Assembly: GCF_006345805.1 (NCBI RefSeq)
Contig: NW_021823990.1
Location: forward strand, 1 to 19,042
Length of the DNA stretch: 19,042 nucleotides
Direction: 5' to 3'
DNA from: Octopus sinensis
Taxonomy: Eukaryota
Shown: positions 19,001 through 19,042 of the stretch, in pieces
Position numbering within the stretch: position 1 is the first letter of the stretch
Layout: every line of letters begins with the position of its first letter
Made by a program: the position numbers and the translations under genes
Notes under the pieces: model-generated
Database searches by the model: none
Told to the model about the DNA's origin: nothing
What the model saw: only the letters and a program-made list of their open reading frames with translations

Positions 19001-19042
19001 CACATACACCAAGTTTGTATATATGTGCACACATATATAGAC
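16700..19042. repeat. Extended degenerate (TA)n/(CA)n/(TG)n/(GA)n low-complexity field with short unique islands (about 17130-17215, 17330-17600, 18240-18590, 18725-18845)
   Basis: Direct reading. It explains the YIYI-type ORFs. Confidence 0.9.

Noticed and set aside
16605-19040. Numerous YIYI/ICIY ORFs of 60-206 aa
   Set aside because: They are (TA)n-derived low-complexity translations.

Overview
This is AT-rich, microsatellite-dense eukaryotic non-coding DNA, and I cannot support any intact host gene in it. The repeat families match ones I recall from octopus genomes, so an octopod cephalopod origin is an inference, not a database result. The window is a layered transposon graveyard. It holds an internally deleted mariner (DD34D) nested in a SINE, a 3'-truncated Tc1 (DD34E-type), several tRNA-derived SINEs, a decayed Tx1/L1-like LINE 3' fragment, and a possible Penelope-type hammerhead remnant. 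It also holds at least seven 5'-truncated pieces of R4/Dong-clade (restriction-like endonuclease) LINEs from about five subfamilies, nearly all in or abutting (TAA)n arrays and stacked head-to-tail. The best observation is that five of these Dong/R4 3' ends, from four sequence-divergent subfamilies, share one 3'-UTR fold (outer stem, short bulge, inner hairpin with a GG-containing loop). The fold has different stem sequences that still pair and lies 29-32 nt upstream of the (TAA)n tail. Almost all ORFs in the supplied track are translations of simple repeats.
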